From the human T2T-CHM13v2.0 reference genome, Homo sapiens: 64,000 nucleotides of DNA. The stretch's first letter is position 1. Every line of letters begins with the position of its first letter. The position numbers were made by a program, and so were the translations under genes. Below the pieces are notes generated by a model. That model ran no database searches. It saw only the letters and a program-made list of their open reading frames with translations, and was not told where the DNA came from. Of this stretch, positions 1 through 12,550 are shown piece after piece. The stretch lies in assembly GCF_009914755.1 (NCBI RefSeq), contig NC_060926.1; one strand, given 5' to 3'.

Positions 1-395
1 AGGTTTTGACCTCTCCTCTTTTTTTTTTTTTTTTTTTTTTTAATACAGTGCAAAGCAGCACTTTCAAAATTTGACAGGACAATAATAATGCTAGTTGAGG
101 TTTTGGATGGGGCAAAGGCTGTGGCAAAAGAGAGGAAAATCTGGTTGAAGAAATGGGGGGGATATTAATAGGCAAGCTGTCTCAAACTTGTTTTTTAATC
201 ACAGAATCATTTTTTTAACCTCTTTGCATTTGTGATGGTCACATGTAAATGGCAACAAACAGTAAGACTAGACCTATGCCAACCTTTCATGTACTGTTTG
301 AAAAATCAGCTCAAAATGCGTGCCCTGCAAATGGTGTGTCAGAAACGTCGTCATTTCATGTGAAACATGAAATAATGATAATAATTATTATTACT

Positions 396-941
396 TGTAT
401 ATTAGGGTTCTCCAGAGAAACAGAACCAATAGCATATATATGGAATACTATTATGAAATACTAATATATATTTTTATGAATATATATTATATAATATGAT
501 AAATTAATATAATATGTAATATATATTAAGGACATAATGTATGTTATAGAAATAGGCTCATGCAATTATGAGACTGAGAAATCACACAATCTGCCCTCTG
601 CAAGCCGAAGAACTAGGAAGGCTGGTGGTATAATTAAGTTCAAGTCTGAAGACTTGAGAACCAGAATGTCGACATCTGAGGGCAAGAGCAAATGGGTGTT
701 ACAGCTCAAGAAGAGAGAGTAAATTCATCCATCTTCTGCCTTTCTGTTCTATTTGGATCCTTCTGGGTCCAATGGATTGGATGATGTTCACTCACGTTGA
801 AGAGGGCCATCTGCTTTACTCAGTTCACCAATTCAAACACTGATCTCTTCCAGAAACACCCTCACAGACACACCGAGAAATAATAAGCTATCTGGGTGTC
901 CCTTAGCCCTGTCAAGTTGACACATAAAACTAACCATCACA
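396..941 (-). mobile_element. MLT2B-like solo LTR (ERVL)
   Basis: TG...CA termini. The reverse complement begins tgtgatggttagttttatgtgtcaacttgac, like the MLT2B consensus. Perfect 5-bp TSD TTACT (391-395, 942-946). AT-rich expansion at about 440-540. Confidence 0.9.
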
Positions 942-2829
942 TTACTCAGAAATGTATCTCTGAACGACTTATATTTACTGAGTTAAAGGAGCTTCCTTTG
1001 AGATGCCCACTTTCTCAATACACAAGCAGGACTACAAGCTGAAATGTTAAAGCTGGAAGAACCTTTGAAGCACCTCCCTCACCTCAGTTTCCTTACCTGT
1101 GTAATGATGGTTGTGTATAAATGAAATATTTTACCTTGGTTCATATAATTTAGAGTAGGAGAAGCCCAGCAATTCCTAAATAGAAACTCCACAGGTACTG
1201 CCTTTGTAGCAATACCCATGGTAGCTCTGGGTCATGGCATGTTCATTGCATATGAGTCAACACTTTGCTTTGATGAGACCCTGAGCCAGTATTAGACTGA
1301 GCTTCTCCTAAACACTGATGCGCTTATGAGATGGTTTCCTATCAGATTACAGGGTTTATGAGCTGCAATTATTTGTTATATTTTCAAGTTTATGCTTCAC
1401 AAAGATGACAAAGCTGATTATAACTCTTAAGGCCCACAAGAATAATTGTTGCCGTGAGGCGAGCTTAAGATTTCTGCTTGCATCATAAAGCACACTCCTA
1501 ATGAGAGATGCAGAATTTTGTAGCTTCTCTGCTTTTTAAAATACATTTTTGATGAAAAGATATTTCATGCTCCATAGCTTCTTATACCTCTGACCAGCTT
1601 TAAACTTAATTAGTCCCATCTAAACCAATGTCAGCTGTGTTATGGAGAACTCTTCATGGCAAACTTTCCCATTTGGATGAAATATGAGATGTGCATGGGC
1701 ACATTCTGCTGAACAAAAAAAAAAAAAAAAAGCAAAGACTAAATTTCTTGTCTGGAAGCAAAGTTTCTGGAACATGTAACTCAGGCGGCTCAGACAGCAG
1801 CAGTTTGTGCTTTATTTTGAAAACATTCCTGCTCGTGAAGAACAGAATGCAAAGGGTAATCAACTTCTGGGACTTTGCAGAAAACCCTTCTGAAAAAGAA
1901 GAGAGTGATGAGCAAACTAGGCCCCCACACACCATGGAAATTTTAGAAGTTTTCTTAAGCTGCTTTTCACTGATAAGCTACCTTATGTTTTTCAAGTTCC
2001 CATAGTGAGGAAAACATTCAAGTGTGTAGTCTACAAAATTAACTGTCTGGCTAAATCCCACGGAGGTGGATTCTGCAACTCAACCTCCTGCCTCCCCAGA
2101 CCCGCCCCTCCCTTCTCACTTCTATCCCTTGCTGCTACCCTATAAGGATCTTCTGGAGTCCATTTGCTCTGCTTAATATTCTGTGAACATTACCTGCTGT
2201 CTCTGCCTTGTTCCCCTGATTGGGGTACTCTCTGTGTCTTCCTGGCTATCTTGCACTGTTCCTGAGGTACGGAGAGCTATATAGCTTGTTCATATGAAAC
2301 AAGTTTTAATGAAGACTGTCTTTGGGACTGGGTACTTTCTTCAGAGTGATGTGCATATCAATGTGAATAGGATGTCGTTCCCTCCCTCAAAGTATTCACA
2401 CTTTAGTGAACTCCAAAGGCTTTGCATTTATTCCAACCCCTTGGAACCCACTTGTTTGCTAAATTCCCACAGCATTTACTTTCAAAATCTTTCGGTTTCT
2501 AACTAACCAATTATTGTTGTCTTAGAAAAATTTCCCAAGCTGTCTTAGAACAGTTCCCTGGTCTTTTGGCTGCTGCATTCATGAAATTGAACAAATATAT
2601 TCCTTAATGTACAATTATTTATTTACAATGTTCTAGAAATTTTGTTTTTTTAAATCAATTAAGTTTAAAATGAACTATTTTATTGCTATTTGAAATAGAT
2701 AACCAGTCTACAGCCATGCTACCCTGAATGCACCCGAAACAGATAACCAGAATTACTTGCCTTAAATAAGAAGCAATCATAATGAATGCAATGAAAGAAA
2801 AACGTTGTTCTTAAATTCTAGTGAAAAGA

Positions 2830-3290
2830 AAACAATGTTTATGGCAGCCTTATTTATAATAGCCCCAAACTGGAAACAACTCCAATGTCCACACTAGTAC
2901 AATAGATAAGTTGTGGTGTACCTGCACAATGAAATACTACCCAGCAACAAAAAAAGAACAAACTATTATAACATCCAACTGCACTGAATATCAAAGACAT
3001 GATAGATAAAAGAGGCAAGGATATGAACTATATGATTCAATTTCTGTAAAAGTCAAGAATGGGAAAATCTAATCTATGGAAATGGAAGTCAGGATACTAG
3101 TTACAACTAGAGAGGGGTATTGATTGGAAAAGGGCACAAAAGAACTCTCTGGATGATAGATACATTCTGTATCTTAATCTGTCAATGGTTACATAAATCC
3201 ATCCATATGTATATAAAAATGTATCAAGCTGTGAGTTTAGGATTAGTTCAAGTTATGCATATTACACTTCATATAAATGTAAAAATGCAA
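2830..3290 (+). mobile_element. Old L1M (L1ME/L1MC-type) 3' fragment
   Basis: aatgtttatggcagccttatttataatagccccaaactggaaacaac...aatgaaatactac resembles the L1M ORF2 end/3'UTR. Confidence 0.75.
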
Positions 3291-3847
3291 GTGAAATGTG
3301 ATGAGATCTTAAAAATAATTCCAGCTGAAGACTCTTAGCTTGGAAATCTCTGAGTCTGAGATCTGCTTCCTGTAAAAAAGGAGATTAGTAAGGGAGAGGG
3401 GTCTTAAGGACATATTAGCCCCAAACTGAGACTCTTGTCGTATACAGAGGTTGAGGAGAATTGAAAAAGGATGTCTTTCTCATTATTGAGTTTAAATGTT
3501 CCATGGCATTATATCCATGTGCCACTCATATTTTAAGAAATTGCTATATGGCATTTCTTACATTTCCTTTTTATGATTAGGTCCAGTCTTTTGACCTATA
3601 CTAGAAATCCTATGAGAGTGGAGATCATTGCTGATGTGTCTTGCTAGTTTCCCGTATCACTCATTACAAAAGCCATAATTTCCTGGAAAAATAGGCGCTC
3701 ACGTCATGCTGATAGTTTAACCTACCCTAAGTTAGTTACTCCACAACCGTAGACTGTGCGCCTCCTATTGAATGTGACAGATGAAAAAAGTGTGATGAGT
3801 AGCTTCACTAGAAGCTGCTACACCTTGCAAGATAGGGGGATTCCTAG

Positions 3848-3985
3848 GGCACAGTTTCTTAACTATCTTCCCTCATTCCCCTTTGGACTCACAAATACAT
3901 TTAAGGTTGTAATGGAATCTATGGGTTCCCTCCTTAGGAAAATGCAAATATGTACACACACATACTGTTTTGCATAAAGTTTATT
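3848..3985. mobile_element. hAT-Charlie MITE-like left part (Charlie4z-like)
   Basis: cagtttcttaact...ctatgggttccctccttaggaaaatgcaaatatgtacacaca...ttttgcataa resembles the remembered consensus. The matching other end seems to lie at about 5295-5345. Confidence 0.45.
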
Positions 3986-4377
3986 TCATTGAATTGAAAC
4001 TTGATTGTCTTCACATAGAATATTTAAAACATCTTTACCATAATATATTTCTTTTTTTGTACAAATTAATGTCTAGTTCATGAAAAATAGGGAAGCTAAT
4101 CCAAATTATCTATTCAGAAATATAAATGTTAATCTTGTTCAGAAATAAATAGATGGCATTATCATTTTATTGATAATAAGATAAAATCATAAAGTAATCT
4201 TTGATGTGTTATCTTTGACATGACATCAGTCTCAACTTTGTTTCTTTTGGCAACATGTCCTGAAAATTGTGACTCATGAAAACCTTTAGTAGCAAAGGTA
4301 ATTGGAGCCCCATAGCTTGCTTTGTCAGGAGAAATTAAGGAAGGGAACAACAAAATTTCAAAGATTCTTCATCACAT

Positions 4378-4497
4378 AGTAGAATACAAGTTCATAAAGC
4401 AGGAATCCTATTTTGTTCAGTGCTATATCCCCAGTACCTAGAATGGTACCCAGCACATGGCAAATACTAAGTAAACATTTGAATAAATAAGTAAAGG
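4378..4497 (+). mobile_element. L2 3' end
   Basis: tagaatacaagttcataaagcagg...ccccagtacctagaatggtacccagcacatgg...gaataaataa is a typical L2 terminus. Confidence 0.8.
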
Positions 4498-5593
4498 GAT
4501 TCCTTTTTCCAGAAGTCTATGAGATTATTTCTGGAAAGCCTTTCTTCTTGAATTTATGTTAGCTGGGAAAGGATTACGAATCTTTATTTCACATTTATGG
4601 AAGTCTGAACTGAAGGACCTTCCGAATCCTTTGGGGTTTCTGGCACTTTATCCCTTTGACTTTAGCCTGTACAGGCTCTCCTCCTTCATTAGAAAGTTTG
4701 TCCTCTCCAAACTCCCAGAATAGCTGCCCAGACAGAAGAGTTGGGCCCTTCTTCCATCCTGAAAATACAAAGCATTTATATTGGGACATATCCAAATTTT
4801 GCTGAAATTGTAGACTTTTGCAATTTAACCTGCCCCTGAGAAGAAGCCACACTATTGGATGTATTTCCAGGTTGGGTAACATAACATTCCTTTGGCTTTG
4901 CTGGTTTTATACTTTGCAGAAAGGTAAGAGACCTTTTCCAGAAAGAGGATACACTCATGACATTTCAGAATGAAAGTAAAACCTTAATATGCATAGCTTT
5001 GTAGTATTCCCTTTTCTTTGACATTTTCCAGCCTAAAAAGATCAAGGCAAACAAAGACTCATGCCATAATTAAAATGATGAGTTTTTTAAAATTCCTACC
5101 CTGATGAACAGTATTACATGAAAATAATGGCAGCTATACATTTCTTCATTGTATAACATCATGTCTCACATTGTACTTCTTCGATAGAAAATAGTAATAT
5201 AATTGCAAAAAGTAGCATTCAACTCTCTTACTTACGAAAATAGTTTCCAGAGCAATAGAAAGAAAATCAAAGAAACGTTACTAATGAGTGTTCTCTAGTT
5301 CACAAACCTTCTGGAAACTCCTCCATGGACCCCAGGTTAGAAATGCAATCTGAGCTCAAGTCTTGGCAACAGAGGTAAAGGGAACTCTATAGAGGCTCCA
5401 GACTCCAAAAGGTGGAGAAAACTGCATTAGCAATCCACCTAAGAATAACAGAATTATTGGAAGTTGGGACATAAGGTTCAAGAAAGAGACTCCCACATCG
5501 GGAAGCAGCTGGTTTTACTACCAGTTTTACAGATACTCTGGGTAGTGTCAGTCAAGTCTCTGCCCTTTTTCTTTTTCGTTGCTTTCTCTTCTC

Positions 5594-5658
5594 TCCCTTC
5601 CCTTCCCTTCCCTTCCCTTCCCTTCCCTTCCCTTCCCTTCCCTTCCCTTCCCTTCCCT
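5594..5658. repeat. (TTCCC)n microsatellite
   Basis: About 13 perfect pentamer units. Confidence 0.95.
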
Positions 5659-7460
5659 GATTGGCATTCATATCTCATACATTGGAAAACAAATCTCATA
5701 GCATTTAGCTGTTATACATCATGTCAATAAAATGGGCCAAAAGTCCAAACTTCATCTGTATGCCAATGAGAGACATAGACTTTAAGAAACATTCAGAGTA
5801 AGTTTTAACTGTGGCATCAGGTAAATTGTGATGTGGCTCTGCTATCTTCCCCACAATGATCCAAACATTCCTCCCTTCCCCAGCTTCTGCCCCTGTGACC
5901 CTGCCTTGAAGGTATGGTTCGACCCTATGCTCTCTGTTAAACTAATTTCCAAGCAGCTTTAAATTTCTCATCCCCTTGATATTAACATGCCATTAATTGT
6001 AAGATATGTCACTGATTTTACAGCTTTTTGTTGGCAGTAGAGGGTGGCGGAATACTACTACATTAAATGTAGACATCAACATTGATTGCAAAATACATTT
6101 AGATTTTAGAAATGAGAAATTATGAAAAGTATTGTAGAATGGATAAAATATGTTATTGCCTTTGTTAGGACAACACATTTTAATGGGGGGAATTCTAGCC
6201 TCTGATAGATGTGTGAGAAGGAAGAATATTTTCATTTGGGATGAGAAGCCTTCCTTCTGCACCTCCTCATTTCATACCATTTGGTAGGCAACTATCTGTC
6301 TTCTTCTACCCTAATTTCTTGTAAGACTGGTCTGGTGAGTTGCTCCTTTATTATCTTATGGAATTAATAGGTTGTTAATAAAAGAAATATTATTTAAAAA
6401 TGAATCTGCATATGATGTGTGTGAAAATTTAGAGATAAAGTTAATCTTATCTTAGGCGATGGCCTAATACTTTCAGGAGGAAGCACAAGTCTCCTTCTGA
6501 GATAACGAGCTAGAAGCACATTTGCAGAGTGTCTCTACTTCTTCAACATTTCACACATGAAAATCATAAGGAAGTATTGGTAAAATCAGATCTTTTGATT
6601 TTCAGTTATTGCCCTTTCCACCCTGGAACAAATGATATATGACCATCTCTTTCCTGTTGGTTAAATAAGTTGTGCTTTTAAAAGGAATGTACTGCTGGAG
6701 AATAAGGGCTGCAACTCACTGAGCTCTGATCAGATCCTTTTGAGGTAGGAAGTTGAGGTAATAGAGTTATCACAAGGAGGCACTGTGGCGAGGCACGGAG
6801 GGAAAGGGGACTGTGGTTCAGGGTGGGCAGGGACACTGGGATCCGGAGACAGAGCAGAGGCATCGTAGTGGGGAGAGGAGTACTGCAAGAGGGGAAGTGG
6901 GAGAAGGCTGATGGCCAACATTTTGCTCAAATCAGTTCTACGCACATCTTTTTGTACTTAAAAAAAAATGCACAGAAAGAGACAAATACGTCTGAGATTA
7001 CCGTTCTATAATTTTTCTTCAGTACTACCAATTTGTAACCTGGAGGTGGCATATTTAGGGCTTGCAGATTTTATGATCTGCCCTCAACATGATCCTGTGC
7101 TGGTGTGACTCTGAGCCTGGCCTTAGGAAGGTGTTTGCTTTGATATCTGCTTGAAAACAGAGTGAAAACACTCTGTTAATGACAGCTTGTTCCCAGCTGT
7201 TTGCCATGGGATAATTCTTTTTAGCCATGCTTCATTTCAGCTTTATGGGAGCACTAACTGACCTTCGGAAGTACACATTAAAACTATACCTGTAGTCAGA
7301 ACATGGAAACACAATCCTCATTAGGTTTATAGTGGCCTTCGAGCCCAGAAATTGATTTCCCTGCACAGTAGCTCATCCCCAGAACTGTTGGATGTAGCAT
7401 TGCTATTCTCATTTTAAACATGAGGAAATGCCCAATGTGGCCAACTGGCATACAGTAAAA

Positions 7461-7676
7461 CAGCAGTTGCCAATGTGGGGTGGAGGGCAAATTTGCAAAC
7501 ATTTGGCAATGTCTGGAGACACGTTTGATTTTCACAACATGTAAGGCATGGGCTACTGGCATCTAGTGGGTAGAGGCCAGGGATACTGCTAAAAATCCTG
7601 CCATGGCAAGACAGCCCCTGACAATATAGAATTATCTGGCCTCAAACATCAATATTGCTGAGGACAAGAAATCCTG
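7461..7676 (+). mobile_element. MER20 (hAT-Charlie MITE), inserted in a MIR
   Basis: catttggcaatgtctggagac...ggctactggcatctagtgggtagaggccagggatactgctaaa...aattatctggcc matches MER20. MIR-like sequence lies on both sides. Confidence 0.9.
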
Positions 7677-7911
7677 CACTACTAGGATTTGGATTCAGTT
7701 TCTCTGAATTTGAAGCCCAGCCTTCCTACTACATGGTGCAGAAGAGATGATTCCTTTTAGTATATCTTCTATTTCCAAAAGGGGAGGTGGAAAAGGTGAG
7801 GGCAGAACTTGATCTGCTCCAGAAAACAACGGGGGATGGAAAAATCATTATTGACAGTTTCCTCTGCCAGGCACTGCTCTAAGTACTTTGCATGGTTTAT
7901 TTCATTTAATG

Positions 7912-9125
7912 TGTTAACTTAAGAATCACAAGATCTATAAATTTAAAAAAGGAGACTTTATTTCTTAAAAAGGGTTACAGCTTGCAAGGTGACCATCCCA
8001 CAGGCCGGGAAGCGCAGCCTCCCGCAAAGACTAGAGAAAGGCATTTCAAAGGAGGAGAGGTTGGAATAGGAGCTTTATGCTGACCAGGTTGACTAAATGT
8101 ACATATTCAAGAGGTCACAGGAAGGGCCACGAATATTCATGAAGGGGGTCCTGATGCATGCCTATTTAACAAACTTGCATGTTACATATGACCCATGCTC
8201 AAGTTGGGGTGGACAATTAATATTTACATGTATTACAATTAGGCACCATAAGTCAAAAAGTCTTTTTGAGACATGAAAGCACTCAGTGCACACCCTCTGT
8301 AAACTGGCTAGGACCAGTCCATGGTCAGCCATCTTGTTATCAGTAAAAAATTACTGAAATCAGTCTTTAGTCCAATCAAAGCTGCAGTTATGGTTTGTGA
8401 AACAGAGGGCTAGTTAATATGTCTAGTGGTGGATGATAATTGTTTTAATATTGCTTATCTTGAGGTCAATGTTTGTTTAGCTGCTAGAGAAAAAGAAAAT
8501 CCTTGTGGCACTTAGAACATAGTTTATTCTTTAACCATAGGGGTGTGTGGCTTATCTTTTACCTGGCATGGCTTTAGGTCCTGTTTATAATTTGGTATCT
8601 TTTTGCCACAAAGAGTCTGTTCTGACAGTCTTATGATCTCTATTTTAACATTAACACTGGTCAGATGTGTTTAAAACTTGTTGAACCTGCAGCCTTCAGG
8701 CTACATGCAGCCCAGGGCGGCGTTGAATGTGGCCCAACACAAATTCATAAACTTTCTTAGAACATTATGAGTTTGTTTTTTTGTTTGTTTGTTTGTTTTG
8801 TTTGTTTGTTGTGTGTGTGTGTGTGTGTGTGTGTTTTTAGCTCATCAGCTGTTGTTAGTGTTAGCATATTTTATGTGTGGTCCAAGACAGTTCTTATTCC
8901 CATGTGGCCCAGGGAAGCCAAAAGGTTATACACCTCTGGTCTAAACATAAAGGGAGGGGGGATAATGTGGTGTGTCTGACCTCCCACCCTGTCATGTCTG
9001 CAAACAGATTTTTAAGGTTTCTCTGGAGTGCCCTTAGCCAAGAAGGGGTCTGTTCAGTTCGTTGGGGGTAGGGGTAGGGGTAGGGGTAGCGGTGGGGGGA
9101 GCTAGGGTTTTATTTTTAGTTTACA
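7912..9125 (-). mobile_element. MER4-group (MER4D-like) ERV1 solo LTR
   Basis: TG...CA termini. The reverse complement starts tgtaaactaaaaataaaaccc. 4-bp TSD AATG (7908-7911, 9126-9129). Interrupts a MIR (about 7850-7910 and 9130-9160). Confidence 0.85.
8677..8938 (-). mobile_element. MER30 (hAT-Charlie MITE) nested in the LTR
   Basis: gaatgtggcccaacacaaattcataaactttctt...tttagctcatcagct...gtggcccagggaagccaaaag is the reverse complement of MER30. Degenerate 8-bp TSD gtttaaaa/gtctaaac. Internal (GTTT)n(GT)n. Confidence 0.9.
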
Positions 9126-9425
9126 AATGTTAAATAAGTATAACTCTATGAAGTAGTTGCCACATAAGTCACAATAAAGTTAAAAAACATGCAAAGATCA
9201 TGGATCGAGGGATGGACTCACATGGATGTGTTGTTTCTCAGAAGAAAGTCGGAGGAGCCAGGAAACTTTATGTTTACATTCAGGTGCAGAGAGCAACACT
9301 AATCATACCAAGACAGGATTCATCTGCCCACTTTCCTGCCCCTTAGCCCAAGGGTAACACTTACTCACTCTGTCAACATTTGGGATGCCAGGACTTTTAA
9401 AATGCTGAGTAACTCTACATTATTA

Positions 9426-9594
9426 CAGCATTTCATTAAATCTAAGACACCGTTGGTTGTAAGATGCACTGTTTATTTTATATACCAATAAGAAAAAAAA
9501 AGCCACATAATCTGTATTTGTAAGACATTACCAATTCTCAGAGATATATTTCTATATTTTAAAAACATGTATCTAACAATTCAGTGCAATATAG
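9426..9594. mobile_element. TcMar-Tigger-type MITE
   Basis: Degenerate terminal inverted repeats (cagcatttcattaaatctaaga / tctaacaattcagtgcaatatag) flanked by TA dinucleotides. Confidence 0.6.
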
Positions 9595-9734
9595 TAAATA
9601 CCAATCCTCTATGACATGAGGCTGTGTTGTACAGAATACAATGGGGCATGAGAACTATCCTTGTCCTCAGGAAATAAAACAAAAGCCTTTATAATCATGT
9701 AAACCATGTTCATAATCATGTAAACAATATTAGA

Positions 9735-9828
9735 GCCATTGACTTTGCTTACTTCACTGCCAAGTTTTAGACCAGTGCCTGACACAAACTAGGTTCTCAA
9801 AATGTTAGTTGAATGAATGAAAGAATGA
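9735..9828 (+). mobile_element. L2 3' end
   Basis: accagtgcctgacacaaactaggttctcaaaatgttagttgaatgaatgaaagaatga. Confidence 0.75.
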
Positions 9829-11711
9829 TTGTTTTAGAAGTCTCCCTTTCTTTCAACATTTTTTTTTCCAGGTGAGAATACATCTAGGTTCTTACACTTA
9901 CTTTCATGTTCTGAGCCTACAATGGAGCAAAACTTTGGGTTTAATTCAGAAAATAAATGGCCATGGAAAAGGATGTTAACCAGCAAGCTGGAAGGATTCT
10001 TCCCTAGACATTTTACAGCAAGTGCTTGGGGGTCTCATCAATCTTTTAGACAAGGGTCAGGTTTAAGGATGAAAAGTGAAAGCACATGTGCCTCTGGTGA
10101 CAGCGTGCTGTGGTGGTGCTTTGTGTGCCATTGACATACATCATCAATCTTCCTTCCTTGCATTGCCTAACACTCCAGTTGGAAGTTCAGGCAAAATTCT
10201 GGGATGCTGAAAGGACTGTAATCTCTGAAATAAAAATTTCTGAATGGGCATTATTTGCATCCTTTGACCTTGTCATTCTACTTCTTGAAATAGTTTCTTG
10301 AGAAAGCGAGTCCTTTGTTCACCAGATATCTATTGAACGCTTCCATGGCAGATACCATTCTGGGCACTGGGGACATGGTGGTAAGTGAGATGGACAAGAG
10401 CCTCTTCCACTGAGGCTCATATTCTACAGGAAGGGAGACAGATAGACAACAAACCAACACTATCATAGAGTGATGTGTACTGTGCGGAAATGTAAATAGT
10501 ATAGTTGGAAGAGACTTATAAGAGCTTACTTTAGACTTCAGACCCTGAATATGTCAGGGAATCTTTTCGAATGACATAGCATCCAAAATACATCAGCTTA
10601 AAGCTAAAGTGCACCAACCCTGTACAGATTTGGAAGTAGCATTTCAGGAAGAGGAAGCAACTGGTAAAAAGGCCCAAAAGCAGGAACGGGGGTGATCAAC
10701 GTGTGGTGGACAAATAGAAGAGTTTTTTGAGAGGATGGTGAGGAGGGTAGAAGCTGGCTGTGTAGGACTTTATAAGCCAGGGTCAGCAGTTGTTCAATCT
10801 CATCAAGTTGTATACCTTAATATCTGTAGATGTTTATGCATGTGTGTAATATATATATTATATAATTTTTAAGCATGGTAGTGACATTATCTGACTTTTA
10901 CTTTTAAAAAATTGTTTTGGTTTGGCATAAAGAATAGATTGTAGAGGGAGCAAAAGAGGAAGTAGAGACACCAATTAGAAATCTGGTACAGTTGTCCAAT
11001 ACAGAGGTGATGATGGCCTGCCCTAGCACAGTGGCAATAAAAATAGAGAGATGATGGATACAGGATATGTTTTGCAGCTGAATAGATAAGACACATTGAT
11101 AGACTTGACATGAAACTAAATAAATTTAGGATAACACCTAAATACTTACTTTGAGCTGTTTTATGGTGGCAACTTTAGAGGAAGAATGGGTTGCAGTGGC
11201 AGGAGAAGGGCATTAAGAATTTTGTTTTGGTCTTATTACATTTGTGATGCCTATTAGACATATATTTTAGATATTAAAGAGACAATTATATATAAAAGTC
11301 AAGAATTCCAGGAAGAAATCAGGCCTGGAGATAGAAATTAGAAGTCATTTTTATATAAATGTTATCTAAAGTCTGTGACAAATGTTGCTGAGTACATAGA
11401 TAAGAAAGAGGGGAGTGGCCAGCAGAGTGGCCAGTCATCTGTGGATGACTCCAAAATTTAGTAGTTAAAGAGAGGTAGAATTGCTAGCAAAGGAGAACAA
11501 GGAGGAACAAATAGTGTGACAGGAAGAATATGGTAATACAAAACCAAGAGAAGAAAGTGTTTCAAGAAGAATGGAGCATTCAGCTGTGCCAAGACATTGG
11601 AAATTAAGGTAAGAAGTAGTAACTGATATTGGATTAAGCAAAATGAAGATCAATGGGGACTTCGACAAGAGCATTCCCTCAGGTAGGTACAGAGGGCAAA
11701 CTTTATTCAAA

Positions 11712-11802
11712 TGAGGGAATGAGGGAAGAAAGGAAGGGAGGGAGGAAGGGAGGCAGAGTGGCAGGGAGGGAGGGAAGGAAGGAAGAAAGGAAGGAAGGAA
11801 GA
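11712..11802. repeat. GGAA/GGGA purine-rich low-complexity tract
   Basis: gagggaagaaaggaagggagggaggaaggg...ggaaggaaggaa. Confidence 0.85.
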
Positions 11803-12550
11803 ACTGGAATAATAGAGACAAATATTTCAAGAAGTTTTATTTTAGCTAGATGGATATATGGGATAAAGGGAGGTTTTATTTTTCAAAGTTAGTTGGCCAT
11901 TTTTTATGTTGATGGGAATGACTCAGTAGAGAGGCAGCTGTCAATAACACAAGAAAGAGAAGGGGTAATTGCAGAAGGGAAGTCTTTGAGAAGATGTAGA
12001 AAGATGATGAGCTCCAGAGTATTGCTGGAAGTGTAGGTCATGGTTAGGAGTAGGAAGATTTTATCCAATGTAACAGGAGGCGAGATTATGAGAAAAGATG
12101 TGAGGCGAGGGGCTTTGCTGAGGAGAAGATGGAGGCATTGATTTTTTCTTTCGGTAAAGTACAAGGCAAGGCTATTGGCTGTGAGTGAGATGGTCAGATG
12201 GGGAGCAGATTGTTGGAGAATGTGTGAAACAGTTTGAGGCAGTGGGAAAGCAAATAAATTAAGGAAGTACAGTAGGATTGCTATGCTGTGTTGATTGCTT
12301 TTTTGAAATTTATTATCATAAATTGTAAGAGAGACCAGACAGCACTGTTGTATATTTTTCTCACCAATAGTCAGCTGCTTGGATGCACCACAAGCATATA
12401 GTTGGGTTTAAACAAGATTGGAGCTTTGTTTGGCATGGCAGTGGTGGGAGGAGGGGCAGGGAGGTAGAGTGTTTTCAAGACAATGATTAGAATGATGGAC
12501 AGGTGCAATTTCAGCTGTGTGGGCCGCAAAACTGTGGGCTGATGATGGTA

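Noticed and set aside
19-41. Poly-T run as the tail of a processed pseudogene
   Set aside because: No recognisable mRNA body or TSD nearby, and it is at the window edge.
353-373. Small hairpin atttcatgt-gaa-acatgaaat (also 1425-1470 and 35883-35900)
   Set aside because: Stems of 7-9 bp are expected by chance in AT-rich DNA, and no RNA family is recognisable.
9691-9725. 14-bp direct repeat ataatcatgtaaac
   Set aside because: Ordinary slippage-scale micro-duplication, too short to interpret.
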